Below are positions 1 to 15,473 of a stretch of 64,000 bases of DNA, one piece after another. The stretch lies in NCBI GenBank assembly GCA_012295275.1, contig CM022676.1, forward strand, positions 15,934,001-15,998,000, read 5' to 3'. A program made the position numbers and the translations under genes. The notes under the pieces were generated by a model, which was not told the origin of the DNA, made no database searches, and saw only the letters and a list, made by a program, of their open reading frames with translations. Positions within the stretch are counted from its first letter, which is position 1, and the number at the start of each line of letters is the position of its first letter. The DNA is from Chrysomallon squamiferum. Its lineage: Eukaryota; Animalia; Mollusca.

Positions 1-470
1 TTTTTTCTCAAAATCTTTTCTTCAGCGAATTAGTAACCGGAAAAGAAATTAGTGATGAAATTGTTCATTTAACTCTTTAATTTTGTATCAAGAAAGCTGA
101 CTGAATCCAGCTGAACACAGTATAGAATCTTTCTGGATATAACAGTTTGGTAACTTATAAACTTTCAAACAGAGACACATCAACACACACAACAAATAAT
201 AATAAAATTATATAAATATTATTTATCGCAGCATATAAAAGTTAATAAAAGTATTTTGTAACAGGCCAGCTAACTAAAACCAAGTGTACATACTATAATA
301 ATTTTCAGATATCACAGATATCACTCAGATACCGAAGATGCTGAAAATATAGCGACTGTTCGTGCATTCTAAACAGGGACAGACGACAAATACAAATGTT
401 TTATCATATATCGCGGGGAAAATAGTTAACAAAAGTAAACACAGACATATATTAAATACGTTAAGATGTA

Positions 471-1040
471 TGCTCTAACAAAAAAACAACCCACAAAAGT
501 AGATTTGACTGACATTGGGAATATCTATCTAATTGATCAACAGAAAGCAGCAGAATGTTCACATTTTACACACACTTTCGCAATTCATTAATGTTCATGA
601 TGTTATATTAAAAGGTTAAAGTTCAAGGTTATAGCAGTATAATATCAATTCCTTGTGTGTCCACCATGGGAGTCCAGAACTGCCTGACATCTTCTTCCCA
701 TGACAGTAATGACATTACGAATTACACTTTGTTGAATGCTGGCCCACTCTGTATGTAGTAATAATGTCAACTGACCACAATACTGTTGGTGTGGTTGATG
801 CTGCCTCAGTCGTCTATCCAACTCGTCCCATAAATGCTCTATAGGGTACAAGTCCGGATATTTAGAGGGCCAGGGCAGCACCTGAATGTTATTGTTGTGT
901 ATGTACGCTGTTGTGAGTCTGGCTGTATGTGGTCTCGCATTATCGTGCTTGAATACAGAGTTACCATTATTCATAATTGGAGCGACATTTATCTGCAAAA
1001 TTTCATCTCGGTATCTCTGTGCCGTTAAGTTGCCTTAAGA
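471..1040 (-). mobile_element. Tc1/mariner (Tc1-like) element, 5'-truncated copy with transposase C-terminus and one TIR
   Basis: ORF 645-998 reads FKHDNARPH...WPSKYPDLYPIEHLW...GGHTRN, the Tc1 DD34E C-terminal motifs. A TIR-like end ta|tgctctaacaaaaaaac at 469-490 resembles the ends of the copy at 34782-36266. Confidence 0.9.
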
Positions 1041-2295
1041 TTCATATTACTTATTTAAAAACTGAAGAAATCATTTTTTCTCTGCCAGACACAAACAACT
1101 TAATGTTTATCCTGATTCCTTTCTTTATATACATAACATTCTGACTGACTAAGCTTAATCTTATAATCGGAAAGCTAACTGAATCCAGATGTACACACTG
1201 TAGAATGATTCTAGATGTAACTGTTTGACAGTTCATAAACAGGCAACTACACAAATGTTTATATATAACTTAAACCAACTGTGCACATTGTAGGACTATA
1301 ACTTGATACGATTGTTTCACAATTCATAAACGCACATACAGACAAAGGATACTATTTAGATATGATTGTTGACACTTAACAAAAGGGTGGGCACTCAGAT
1401 GTTAAATATGTTAAAATATAACGACTGTTTCTGAGTGCTTAACACGGACTGACGACAACTTTAAATAATTCATTATATTTCTAGCGGAGAATAGTCCGTT
1501 TCATACTTTGCGGTTTCGAATGATTCTATATACACAACCATTGTAGATTAATCTTAATTATTGTGCAGTTGGTGTTTGTTTCTTGTTGTTTTTTTCGGTT
1601 TTTTTTTGTTTTTTTTGTTTGTTTATATGTTTTTTTAATTATTATTTTATGTTGTAGATAGATACAGCATACGTAAAGATAATTTTGTAATGCTGTTTTC
1701 GTTTTCCAAATAGATCCCTGTACATGGAATGGCACTGAAATCATACTTGGATATCCAGTACAGCAAATGTGTGTTTGTTTGTCATGTACGTCAGATAACA
1801 ATAGTCTGTCACTGCTGCACAAGATACACATAGGTACAGCCGAGTGTTATTTACGACGATTTGAAAAATTCACTTTTTATACAGTGTCCGCGTTTAACTG
1901 TAGAAATAAATAGGAAAATATGAATTAATTTACGTGTATCAACATTCATGATAAATAATAACACATGCTCAATAGCAAAAATAACGGGAGAAACAACAAT
2001 AATATATTATAAAACATGAAAAAAAAGGTAAGCAGATGCATTTTATTATTTGCTGCATTTAGATTGTTGAACGTTATATTCTTCTCCTACGTCTTCTTCC
2101 TCTTTTTCAGTTATTAATACGCAGGTCAGAACATCGCTTATCGACAAACCAGTGAAAATCATCCCATATTCAAATCTTGTGAATTAGATTCATAGCAAAT
2201 TTAAATCATAAACAGAGACGGGGTAGAAAAATATCTCAGAAAATTAAATAGCAAATCTTTGCTCTCAAGATTCCCTTTGTTGACCGTGAAAGTCA

Positions 2296-2369
<74 letters not shown>

Positions 2370-3647
2370 TAATAATAATATATAATCACAGTCATTAAAA
2401 ATCTAAATTATGTTGTTTATTATGTGGCACCCACGTCTATAGTTATATATGCAATTGAAAAAACTCGCACACAAAATAATTATATTTTACGTCAAAATAA
2501 TTTTAAAATGTTCTGTTGGCTGTGAACTGTTTATGTCTTAATAGCTTGTTTTCACTCAGTGAATTTTCTAAAAAGTGAATGTTTGTTATTCAGATCAGAC
2601 AGCAATAATTCAGTACTGCTATCACAACAGCTAGACGCGTGCTACATTGACGTGTGATCTACACCGACACAATTCTACACGCCTATTTTAATTATTATTG
2701 TTACATTATTTTAATTTTTAAATTTATTTTATTTTATTATTTTTTATATTCATTATTATCTTTTATTGTATAATTTATATGTTTATAATTTATCGATGAA
2801 CTGAAACGCAAGACAATATTTGGCGTGTAATCTACACATTTATCCTACAACCAGAATATTCTACACACTTATTTTAATTATTATTTTGTTTATTTTTGTT
2901 CTTATGATCATATACGTATCAATCACCAAATAGCTTCGAAGTAATGTTCGTATATAAATATATATATATATATATATACTGAAATATTACTTTGTCTGCC
3001 TGCTATAAATCACACGCCAAATTAGTTTTACACCAAGTAGATCACACGGCAAATTAGCAAAATAAACCAGACTAAATTATTTGGAAAGCCATGTAAAATA
3101 CAGAGTCATTCATCTGAAACCGATTTAAACTCCTAACACAACCTGCTCAAATGATACTCGTGTAACCAGTATAGCGAGTGCGTGTTTGTTTCTTATATAG
3201 ATCAGATTAAACATTGTGTATGACGAGACAAGAAAGATACACCGGGTGTATTGAACGACGATCTGATAAACTCAATGTTAATAGTCTGCGCATAAGTGCA
3301 GAAACAAACAGTAAAATTATTTGCATTTGTCTAGATTGTCAGACGATAAATAACTGCAATTCATCAATAACAATAAGAGTAATGAAGACGATGACAATAA
3401 TAAAAATAAAAATTATTATAACGATGAATATAATAATAACAGAAATGATGATGATGATGATGATGATGATGATAGCAGCTCTAGTGGCACCACAAATAAA
3501 TAAGTAAAACAGAAAAACAATAATAATAATAATAGTAATAATAAAAATAATAATAAAAATAATAGTGCATACTGGTCCTTTCGTACAGGCAACCACAATT
3601 ATTCAGAATATAAAACATAGTTTAAATTATGTTCACATTGAAAACTG

Positions 3648-3697
<50 letters not shown>

Positions 3698-4105
3698 ATA
3701 TTATATCTGAGAACAATTTTAAAATATTATTTCGGCTATCGACTGTTCACGTATTAATGACTAAGTTTCGGGCAGTATAGAGATAACTTTTTTTATCAAC
3801 TGCATGTTTGTTATTTAGGTCAGACAGAAACAGTTCATTACTTGTACTGCAACAGCTAAATGTGTGTAAATAGTTTATTAGAAACTGCTATCTGTGCTGG
3901 GCGTTAACAAACACTGTGATAAATAAACTAAGATACAGAGTACAGGGGTAACTCACAGTTAACAGGAATGTATCCTTCCACTGAAACAACAAACAAGACT
4001 ACAACATATCACAAACTATATTGAACTAGAGATAATCGAGAAAATACAAACATGCCTTAGGGTCCTAAAGCCCACGGTGAAAAAAATAAATAAAAAATAA
4101 AATAA

Positions 4106-4177
<72 letters not shown>

Positions 4178-4700
4178 AACCATAACAATAACAATATACA
4201 TACCAAATTTCAAATGAGAAATATTTGCTTGAGGTATTTTTATATCAGCTTCAAGGACCACAGCAACAAGAATAATAATTAAAACAGAAAATAAGAATAG
4301 TAAATACGCCATATAATTATAATCTCTTTAAACTGTTTTACTGTCGTTGAACTCTTTCCAAATGACAACTTTCTGTTTGAAATTTCTTCTCTTATTTTTT
4401 TGTCAGTGTAATAATCTCGTTAATACGAACATAGTCTGTTCGGGAAAACGTGACTGAAGTCACATATTACAAGTCACGGTTCTTCGGTTGTCAGGTGTCA
4501 CTTTACAGGGGTCAAAGTCACAAAAAAGGTATAAACATGTCGTGCAACTTGCTAAGGGTACTGCTTAATTGCTTGAGGCTGTTGTATTTTGTTATTTTTG
4601 AAATATTCTATTCTTCGATAGCTGTTTAATTTAATATGCACAGTAAGAAACCAGTAAAAAAGATACACTTTGTGGACCAGATACTCTCAATACTGTCAAA

Positions 4701-4745
<45 letters not shown>

Positions 4746-6944
4746 TTAAAATTGATAAAAAAGGGAAAATTAATAAATTCTAACTACTAATAATGCCACC
4801 TTCAACCATTAAATAAACAACACAGTAATAAAAAGTACAAAGAGATATATTATTTCCGAAATACATTTATAATTACACAAAACCAAATAAAACAAACCAA
4901 ATTCTTAGTTGAAACATTAAGTTGAAACCTGTTTAAAGACAAAATTCAAAACCGCAGAATAAAAATGATTATTTTTATAAATTTTAAGTCGTGTGTATTG
5001 AACATATAGACAGTTAGAAACACAGACTACACGGCATAGTTACAACATCAAGATCAATGATAATAATACATTACTAAATATCAGAGCCAAACTCTTATTA
5101 CTTATGATAAAAGTTTCAGCGATTAACCACAGTATTATTTTTAGATCGAAGGTAAACACCGCTTCTGCAAGTTCCCACTTGTCTCGACAAGGCATATTTT
5201 TTCCAGAAACAGTTTTATTTCTTGCCTGTATATTCGCCAAGAAAGAAAACGAACGTGGAATGAACGAGCATAAGTTTGATTTTATCTCTCTTTTTCACAT
5301 GAAATTCACCATAAGATATAACTATTTACGCTATCTAAAACGAATACAAAAGATTTTTAATTGTTCATCTTATTGTATTGTTTCTGAATTATTATGTCCG
5401 TGCCGATCGCAAGCTCATGTCGTTCATCTATCAGATCTAGTCACGAAGATTATGAGGAATGCAGATCATATGGCGGCCATCTTGGATTAACACAAATTGC
5501 TAAAGCGTTAGACGATATCATAAGCAGTTTCTCAATATAGAAATTATATATATATGCCCTAAACATCAATTATGAAAACTGCAAAAAGTAATAACAGTAA
5601 GTTAGAAGGATGTTCCATACTACTTCTGCTGGATTACATTTTCTTGTTGACAAAAATGTTCTGCTCGTCATTTGTCTTGTAAGTCTAAGATCTTATGTGT
5701 CACATTATGTTTCTTTAATGGTATATGGCATTTTTATTTTTATTTTATTTTATTTTGTTATTGTTTTTGTTCAAGGGCGGTGTAATTTAATAAGGAGGAG
5801 GGACATGATAACCTCAAGAGTAAGCAACAAATAACGTAATAAAATATGACAGAGTTTCATTCCAGGTCAAATTCCCCAAGTAAAGTAAGAATACAATTTT
5901 TTACTTCGCCACATTATATTTTAGCCGTAATATAGCAATGGAATAAAATAATATAAGCTGCAACCAACAATAGTGTAACCTGATGACATGTGTGTATATT
6001 AAATCAGTAAAAACTGTCAGCACGTCTGTATAACGTATATTTTACTACTGAACTCAAAAGGTTATAGATTCTGCAACTTTTATATTGTGAGGTCATTTCA
6101 AGATCACGTGGTAACAAAGTCAAATGTAACGTCAAACAAAACGTGAAACAGTTCCAAAGCTTAGTTGTACATATTAAGGAAATAACGGCACATTTGGGAT
6201 CCCTATCATCGTAGCTTTCGAATTAAATCCTTTCATCCAAAAGGACTCACTGATTACCAGATATCAGGTCTGAAAAGTTTTTATGAGAATGTCAAAATTG
6301 GAGGGTCAATAATAGTGAGGAATCGTATTTATCATTTAAGCAAATAACATCCTATATACGAAAGTTTATCAGTGAATCATTTTTCCATGCAGTTTAAGCC
6401 ATTACTCAGACCACGATTCTCTTTTGAGAACACACTTCTATGTTTCACTGCTTCTGAGATGTAAATAAAATGGACAGTATAAAAGAGAAATTCAATTTAA
6501 CCGACAAGCATGTGAATACAATTTGTAATGTGATTATTATTAAGTAGTTTACTGTTAATACGTATATTAATAAAACAAATGATAATACTGACATACCCGA
6601 AGAGTCTGTAGATATCAGAAATGTGTAAATCCATATACACTGAATTAAAGACATTTCTTGGATAAAAACTGTACAGAACATTTTGTCTCGGTGAAACACA
6701 ACTACTGTGATTTAGATCCCGATTCCTATCTTTATATACATAGCTCGTTGACTAAGTTTAATTTTGTAACGGTAATCATGTTTCAAAGTATTTTATTGTT
6801 AGTAGGTGGCATGGAACGTATGACATAGATAAAGAAAAGATATAAAGAATATCGAAGAAAATCTTTCAGAATGTAAGTTTACAAGTGGCGCATGTCAGTG
6901 TGACATAAAGGTAAAGTACGTGTGTTAGTTATTCATGTACATTT

Positions 6945-7890
6945 ATTTACCAGTTTATAAACCCTGTGCCTATATCCGCCAATATGACGTCTATCTATCT
7001 TTATTTGTTGATTTAAAATAGTTTGTATATATTCCAGAAACCAACATAAGGTACGTGTGTGTTTAAGTGTGATAATGTGTGTTAGTGTGTGTGTGTGTTT
7101 GTGTGTTTGTGTGTATGTGTGATAGAGATTAAGTGAAGACTGATTCATTTGTTTGGCTATTCTGATACGAACATCTATGTTGATTCAATCAATTCTGATA
7201 AATGTTTCTAATTCAGGATTTCTTTAAATTTGTTTAGTTTCTCGAATATAAAACACATATAAATAATTATTAGTATTAAAATAGTTTGACATAAATTCAA
7301 AGTAAACCATGTTACTTATCCATGTCTGTTTTTCGACCAGTTTATAAACCCCGTGCATATACCTGCCAATATGACGTCTATCTATCTTTATTTATTTATT
7401 TAAAATAGTTTGTCATTGTATATACTCTAGAAACCCTAACCAACATAAGGTACGTGTGTGTTTAAGTGTGATAATGTGTGTTAGTGTGTGTGTGTGTTTG
7501 TGTGTTTGTGTGTATGTGTGATAGAGATTAAGTGAAGACTGATTCATTTGTTTGGCTATTCTGATACGAACATCTATGTTGATTCAATCAATTCTGATAA
7601 ATGTTTCAGCTAATTCAGGATTTCAGGTTTAAATATGTTTAGTTTCTCGAATATAAAACACATATAAATAATTATTAGTATAAATAATCCGTATGACATA
7701 AAGTCAAAGTACGTATGTTACTTATCCATGTCTGTTTTTCGACCAGTTTATAAACCCCTGTGCATATACCTGCCAATATGACGTCTATCTATCTTTATTT
7801 ATTTATTTAAAATAGTTTGTCATTGTATATACTCTAGAAACCCTAACCAACATAAGGTACGTGTGTATTTAAGTGTGATAGTGTGTCTGA

Positions 7891-7930
<40 letters not shown>

Positions 7931-8075
7931 TAGAGATTAAGTGAACTCTGATTCATTTGTCTGGCTATTCTGATACGAACATATATGTTGATTCAATCAA
8001 TTCTGATAAATGTTTCAGCTAATTCAGGATTTGAGGTATAAATATGTTTAGTTTCTTGAATATAAAACACATATA
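6945..8075 (+). repeat. Tandem triplication of a ~390-405 bp unit
   Basis: accagtttataaacc...atatgacgtctatctatc...gatagagattaagtgaa recurs at ~6949, 7336 and 7742 at high identity. It is absent from the paralogous segment near 60150. Confidence 0.9.
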
Positions 8076-9002
8076 AATAATTGGTTCATCAACGATCAGA
8101 AAAGTATTATTAGTGATATTGATCAGAATAGAACTAAATCTGACTACGATACGCAGTCATTTATCAGTATGGGCGCAGTCTGAATCTTAACTGTGAAACA
8201 ATTAATGAATAAGAATGTTAGTATAATTCTCTGCCTTCTGTCTTCACACTTACACTATTTCTTGCTAACCGATTATAATAATTATGAATGGATATTTGTT
8301 TGATGTTTGTGGTTTACGAACTATTCCTAGAGCTTCTTCATTCCTACTATATTTTTCAACTTTACTTTTAAAAACACAATCTCATCTGTTTTCTTTCAAG
8401 GTGATAGGTTTCAAGTTTGTAGTCTGTGTTATTATATCAGTGGTGAAGCGAATGCTATAGTTTCATTGCTGCTAACAAAAATACTAGAGTTATTGCTTGA
8501 TTATGGGATTCCTGTCTGAACATTTCTATTGACTGAGTCTGTGGATTAAAAAAAAAAAAAAAAAAAAAAAGTTGTTTACTTTTCTCTTTGTGATTCATTA
8601 TATTTAGCACTAAAAGCGGTTTGGCTAATTACCACAAGATGAAACATGCAGAATCGTGATAATCACACAGTTTTTCAGTATAACCTCTTCATACATTCGT
8701 CTTGGTATACTGAACTTTCTCAAAGAAAAGCATATTGGAATTATCTTTAGGTAACCTGTGGTGTTTAAACGGAGAACCTTTTCATAACAAGTAGACAAAT
8801 ATGTAATTTTAGATAAAATTAAGCTATAAATAAGCAGCTGCGGTTTCATCGATCATGATTCTGATGCTATGCATAGTGACCACAAGTTACCTTGAGTTAA
8901 CCCATTTTGATTTTGGTAGTACTTGTTCTCGTTACATCATCATCTTATTATAAAAAAGAACATTACATTATCGATACTTTATTTTTTAAATCTTCGTCCT
9001 CA

Positions 9003-9137
<135 letters not shown>

Positions 9138-9229
9138 GTCTCTCTGTCTCTCTGTCTGTGTCCCTCTATCTGTTATGAAATTTGTATTTAACTTATGATT
9201 ATATTGTTATATATTTATGTGCTTACAAC

Positions 9230-9284
<55 letters not shown>

Positions 9285-9470
9285 GATTTGAAATATTACC
9301 ACTTGTTTTCTGGGGCAGTAATGAATAATAAAAAATATATCATAAGTCTAAATCAAAAATTCTCATACCGAATTTATATGCTATAATCAGTTTTGGTTAT
9401 GAATAAGAGTAATGATCTGAACAGTAAAATTAAAACTATTCTCATTATTTTGTTGCAGTCACAAACCATC

Positions 9471-9554
9471 ATGGTACACGATGTGGTGGTGAGATTGCTG
9501 CTGTTGCTAACAATGTATGTGGTGTTGATGTCGCTTACAGAGCAGGAATTTCAC
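9471..9554 (+). CDS. Putative leader (signal-peptide-like) exon MVHDVVVRLLLLLTMYVVLMSLTEQEFH of an unidentified gene; probably a defunct copy
   Basis: Acceptor ttttgttgcag ends 9458, ATG at 9471, hydrophobic core, GT at 9555. Conserved paralog at 61869-61955. No downstream exons recognised. Confidence 0.45.
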
Positions 9555-9891
9555 GTACGAATTAAATATTTAATTTATAAAACGTTAGAAGATATATATA
9601 GATTTAGTTAAGTTGTAACAAATTTTCACGGAAAGAAAAATATAATGACAAATAATATATATCTCTCTGTTTATCTCTCAATTGTCTTACGTGAATACAC
9701 ACAGGCATACATTCACACAGAACTGTTCTCTTCGACGTAACGTTGCATTATTGTAGAGCTGGCTTACGTCCAAATATTGCCATAAAACAGTTGGCTGACG
9801 TCCAAATATTACATTGATAATAATAATAAAAGTACAATACAAAATGTCTGTTGGCAGGGATTCAAAAGAAAGATACAAATAAACAAACAAA

Positions 9892-9935
<44 letters not shown>

Positions 9936-10034
9936 AATAATAATGATAATAATAATTATAATGATATTAATAATATTAATATTAATAATAATAAATATAA
10001 TATTAATAATAATAATAAATATGATAATAATGAC

Positions 10035-10344
10035 TGAAACGCGTTTAGTGTCCATGAATCAAACACCGTAAATATAGAAAATAAGTTTAGAGATTAAATC
10101 TTAATACAACTCGACTTGTTGTTCTTGAAACGTGTTAGGTGAAGGGTGACGCCGGTGTGTGATATGACATGCAGATACATTTTATATGTCTGTAAGTGAC
10201 CTCTGACACTTCTGTATATCAGATTTTTATAACAGTAGTTACATGAACCATGCATATTTCTACAAGTATTATCAGACTAAACTATTTTCAGTTCGGATTA
10301 TTTTACCCATGAGACTGTTGACACATTGGTTTACTGAACGAGAA

Positions 10345-10407
<63 letters not shown>

Positions 10408-11185
10408 TGTTGTTATTATTATTATTAATATTATTCACAAGAATTTATATTTTAAATTTCTAAATTTATTTCAGCACTTAATAAGTGCGTTGCTTTATTA
10501 CTAATCATTGGTATTTTGCGGAATATTTAAAGTATTTAATATCCTACGAATTATTTATATCTAGGTCGTTTCATTCATGCAATACTGATATTAAGACACA
10601 CTAATGATCCGACACAAAATCTTTGTTCTAAATCTTACAGGACAAGAAATCTCCATAATAAACATTCTCAATTACTATGCATATTACTGTCAACATATTG
10701 ACAATTAATAAACATTCTGATGGTATGTTTTAAATTCTGTTTAAATGTATAGGTTTCCATATTTATAGGGGGGAGTGTTTTGGGGAGATGTAACAGAATT
10801 CAGGAGGTTCTGGCTGAGGAGAATCGATTTCATATAAATATAATAATAATTATTGAAACGCGTTTAGAGTCCATGAATCAAACACCGTATATACAGAAAA
10901 TAAGTTTTGAGTTTAAATCTCAATACAACTCGACTTGTTGTTCTTGAAACGTGTTAGGTGAAGGGTGACGCCGGTGCGTGATATGACATATAGATATATT
11001 TTATATGTCTGTAAGTGACCTTTGACATTTTGTATATCAGATTTTTATAACAGTAGTAATATGATCCATGCATATTTACAGTGATCGTGTTGACAGTTAA
11101 CGAACATTTCTGATAGTATGTTTTAAATTCTGTTTAGAAGTATAGGTTTGCGTATTTACAGGGGAGAGTGTTTTGGGGAGGTGAA
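10035..11185 (+). repeat. Local direct duplications (10035-10255 ~ 10855-11075; 10710-10790 ~ 11103-11182)
   Basis: gaaacgcgtttag-gtccatgaatcaaacaccgta...aggtgaagggtgacgccggtg occurs twice, as does aacatt(t)ctgat-gtatgttttaaattctg...gtgttttggggag. Confidence 0.85.
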
Positions 11186-11194
11186 TTTTTTGTA

Positions 11195-12280
11195 AGAGGA
11201 AAAAATTGAAAGCTGATTTAGTTTGTCACACTGAACTCGCTGTATCTTCACCGCCAATTAACGGAACTTTACAATTTAAAAATTGCCTTTAAAATTTCGT
11301 CATCGCGTACTTTCCTGTGAATTGGTATTACTGATGGTCAAACAGAACTTTATGTATTGGCATATATCGGTAGTTAATCACAGCTTGTTAACTGATGATA
11401 ATTATTGAAACATATCTATCTAATTATTTGTCGTTCTTTTATCTTTTCTCTAATTATCTCTCTCTCTCTGTCTCTCTCTTTCCGTTAATAAAATATCTCT
11501 AGTTTATATACGCAATAGAAATGCATCTAATGAAGGAAAGATTTCATATATAGCAAGGTTTTTGGTTAAAGAGAGACGAGATTATCTTTCTCGATGACAA
11601 TTTATTTGTAGGTGTGTGTGAGAGTCGGTGTGTTCGCGTGTGTATGTGAGTTCATGTATTTGTATGGATATCTGTACACACACATGTATATTTATTTATT
11701 TACTTATTTAAATATATGTGTGCGTGTGTGTCTGTGTGTATGTATGTATGTTCAGACACGCATATGAACATATATACGCATACATCCATCCGTGAATATA
11801 ATAATCAAGGATGAAAAAAAATGGTTTCTTGTTTTATTATTTCAGTGTATTATTAACGAGTTTTAGTTACTTCACGAAATAAGGTTATACTGAAGCATGT
11901 AAACCTAAACTGAAACGTCAAAATATGAATTGAAACTGGAAAAAGATAACACCTTGTACACCAAAACACATTATGAAACATGAAACATAACGGGAAAGAG
12001 GAGGAAAACCAAAATGAAACAAATGAAAAGATAAATTGAAAAATTAAAAGATAAACTGAAATCTAAAAAGATACGCAGACAGGTGAGTTAACAAAAGCAT
12101 AATGTGTTCAAAATATGGAGGAGCAAATGATTCTTACCTGGAGGACATACTGGAGAAGGATGAAGAAACATTACAGTTTGAACTGAATGAATTGAAGGAG
12201 AAGCATGATCAAACACTGCTGCTTGAACTAAATGAATTGAAAGAGACGGATGATGAAAAAAGTGTAAATGATTCTTACAC
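11195..12280 (+). pseudogene. Truncated duplicate of the 5' region of the ZNFX1-like gene (paralog of 14888-15670)
   Basis: Shares aactcgct-tatcttcaccgccaattaacggaacttta with ~14930. ORF 12102 MCSKYGGANDSYLEDILEKDEETLQFELN matches ORF 15474 and runs out into a (CA)n tract. Confidence 0.8.
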
Positions 12281-13349
12281 ACACACACACACACACAGAG
12301 ACATTCACATTGATCCTTTCGCCGTAACATTCAATTAACACTAACGTTGGCTGACGTCACAGATATAAAACAAACACATAAATAAATAAATAAATAAATA
12401 AATAAATTTAATTATAGAAACACGTTTACCATAACTTTTACATGATTAGTTTTGAGTTCAAATTTTAGTACAGCGCTACATATTTTACGTTAATAAAATA
12501 AACTAATAATAATAACAAAAAACAAAAATAAAAATAAAAATAAAATAAAATAAAGATTGGTACCAGTATCAAAGATCAACTTCTGATAAAATATTCTAAG
12601 AGTATTACAGTATAAAATTGTGAAATATAATAATTAATAATTTTATAATTCAATACTTTCCGGAAGATAGCTGCTACTACTGATCTTTTGTACCAGTTCC
12701 AAACGCTTCCTTTAGACTGAATTGTCTAGTATATCTTGCGTATGTGTGCGGATGTGTGTGAACATTATTTGTGTGCGTTAGTGGCTTATATATTTACGTA
12801 TGCTTGCACATGTATTTTTGTCTATGCGATTTTATGTGCGTATGTAAATGTGTTTGAAGAAATATTTCTGCATTGTGTCCCCTGTACTGTGGTATATATG
12901 GTAATTAAAGTGAAAGTACACTGATCAGTTAATGTCGTGGAAACGTTAATGTTTACAACAGCAGAAAATTAAAAAGTCAGTGTCTATACCACGTCATCAG
13001 ATACATTCGCTGAAGCTGACGGCAAATGTTTGGTCTGGGTATGTAGACTTTTCTATTAAAATTAATTAAACACACATTTTTGTCTCTTCTGTTTTATTTG
13101 TTATATTAGTCTTACGTTAAACTAGGAGCGTAAAAAGAAAATAAAGAAGATTAATTAATTAATTTATTTGGTATTATTGTTGTTGTTGTTGTTATTATTA
13201 TTATTATTAGTAGTAGTAGTAGTATGATTATTATTATTGCTGTTATTGTAGTTGTTGATAACGAGTTTGATGAACTCCCTTGTATCAATAAATAATATAA
13301 TGATAATAATTAATTGATGTTTTGTCTTATTAATAAACACACACACAGA

Positions 13350-13505
<156 letters not shown>

Positions 13506-13596
13506 TCTTTGTTAATATCCCTGACAATACTAGGTATAAAGAGAAAACTTGGTTTAAAGGCTTAGTGTAATTTAAAATATATGACATCAAATCTAC

Positions 13597-13657
<61 letters not shown>

Positions 13658-14456
13658 GATGAAGAAGAAGAAGAATTCCTTTATGATACAATTTTTCGTT
13701 TAGTACTATAAATATCCTGTTTCATCTATTTAAATTAGTTTGCATATGAATAAGTAGATTCTATACTGAAAGATGGAATATTTCTACTATCCGAATTTAA
13801 AATGTCTGTCCTCTCTCTTCAGTTGATTGTTGAAAAACTTCTGAGTAATAACATGATCTGCTAATATTTTGTGTCAAGGCTAAAGTTTACTTAGATGTCT
13901 CAAATTTATTACCCTGAGGTAAAGATCACTTTAGTAAGAATTCAACTTCATCAGCGAGATAGAGGGAATATATTAGGTTTCGTCAAGACTAAAGTACAAA
14001 ACGAAAATTTCAGTTACAAAAATTAAGATTGGAATATGAACTTCGAGTGAGAGAAGGAAAAAATATGAATAACCAATGTACTGATAAAAGTTCAGGTGGT
14101 TTCAGATTATATGATTTTATTGTCTTAGGTGCACATAATCGATTGCAGTAAGGATATACACAGAAAATAGGTACTCAGTACAGATCTACATTTATATACT
14201 AATAAATATAAATGGCTCTATCAAACTGACAAAAGTGTGTGTATTCCCATATTTAGTCTAGATGTTTCGTTCATTTGTTCACTATGTCTATTACTTCAGA
14301 CACACAATCTATTAACAGGTAATTATTGTGTCTGTCTATCAGAAATTCAAAGTTCAGTAAAACAGCATATGATTGAAGTATGAGTGAATAGTAACATCGT
14401 AACTTGATCCTTCCTAGACACAGTTGTTAGTTCTCTACACAAACAGATAAAAATAG

Positions 14457-14518
<62 letters not shown>

Positions 14519-15473
14519 CGAAGGTAGATAATCTCGTCTTTATTTAACGTAAAAAACGTTATCTATGACACTGCGTTTCATTTGACAAATTTCTTTTACG
14601 TATATTTACTATAGATATTTTATTAACGTTCTAATTTATGTACATCAAGTTATTACATTAATATACATTTAAGTTGCACACACACACACATATATGTGTG
14701 TGTATCTGTGTGTATCTATGTTTGTGTCTGTGTTGTATTTATATATATATACATGTGTGTGTTTACGTGCCTCTGTATGTTGTATGTGTGTGTGTATTAT
14801 ATATATATATACCGAAGCCAAAACATTCCAAAAGTCTGAGGACATCGGTGAAAACAGCGGAATCCAAGGAAAAACAGAATCCACCGGAGAGGAAAAAAAT
14901 ACAAAGCTGGTTTACTTTGTCACACTCAACTCGCTATATCTTCACCGCCAATTAACGGAACTTTATAATTCTAAAATTGCCTTTAAAAGTTCGTAACTGC
15001 GTACTTCTCTGTAAATATATTTCTAATGTGTTAGTTTGTGTGTGTGTATGTGTCTGTGTGTCTGTGTGTGTGTGTATATATGTATGTATATGAATGTGTA
15101 TGTATGCATGTATATGTATTTGTATGTATGTATGTTTCCACTCGTATATATACATACATAAACATGCATACATCCGTCAATATAATAATGAAGGATGAAC
15201 AAAAAGTAACCGGTTTCTTGTTTCTTTGTTTCACTGTGCTATTAAGAAGTTTTAGTTAATTCACAAAATAAGGTTATATTGAAACGGGTAAACCTAAACT
15301 GAAACGTCAGAACATGAATTGAAACTGGAAAAAACCCATCTTGTACACCAAAAAACAAGAAGAACCATTAAACATAACGGTAAAATGAAACAAATGACAT
15401 TAATAAATTAAGTAGTCAGAAGAGAAATTGAAAGATGAACAGATAAGAAGACACGTGAAATAACAAAAGCATA

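Noticed and set aside
2201-4312. Poly-Y, poly-I, poly-L, poly-N and SL/ER ORFs here and throughout the track
   Set aside because: They are translations of (AAT)n, (CT)n and (AT)n microsatellites.
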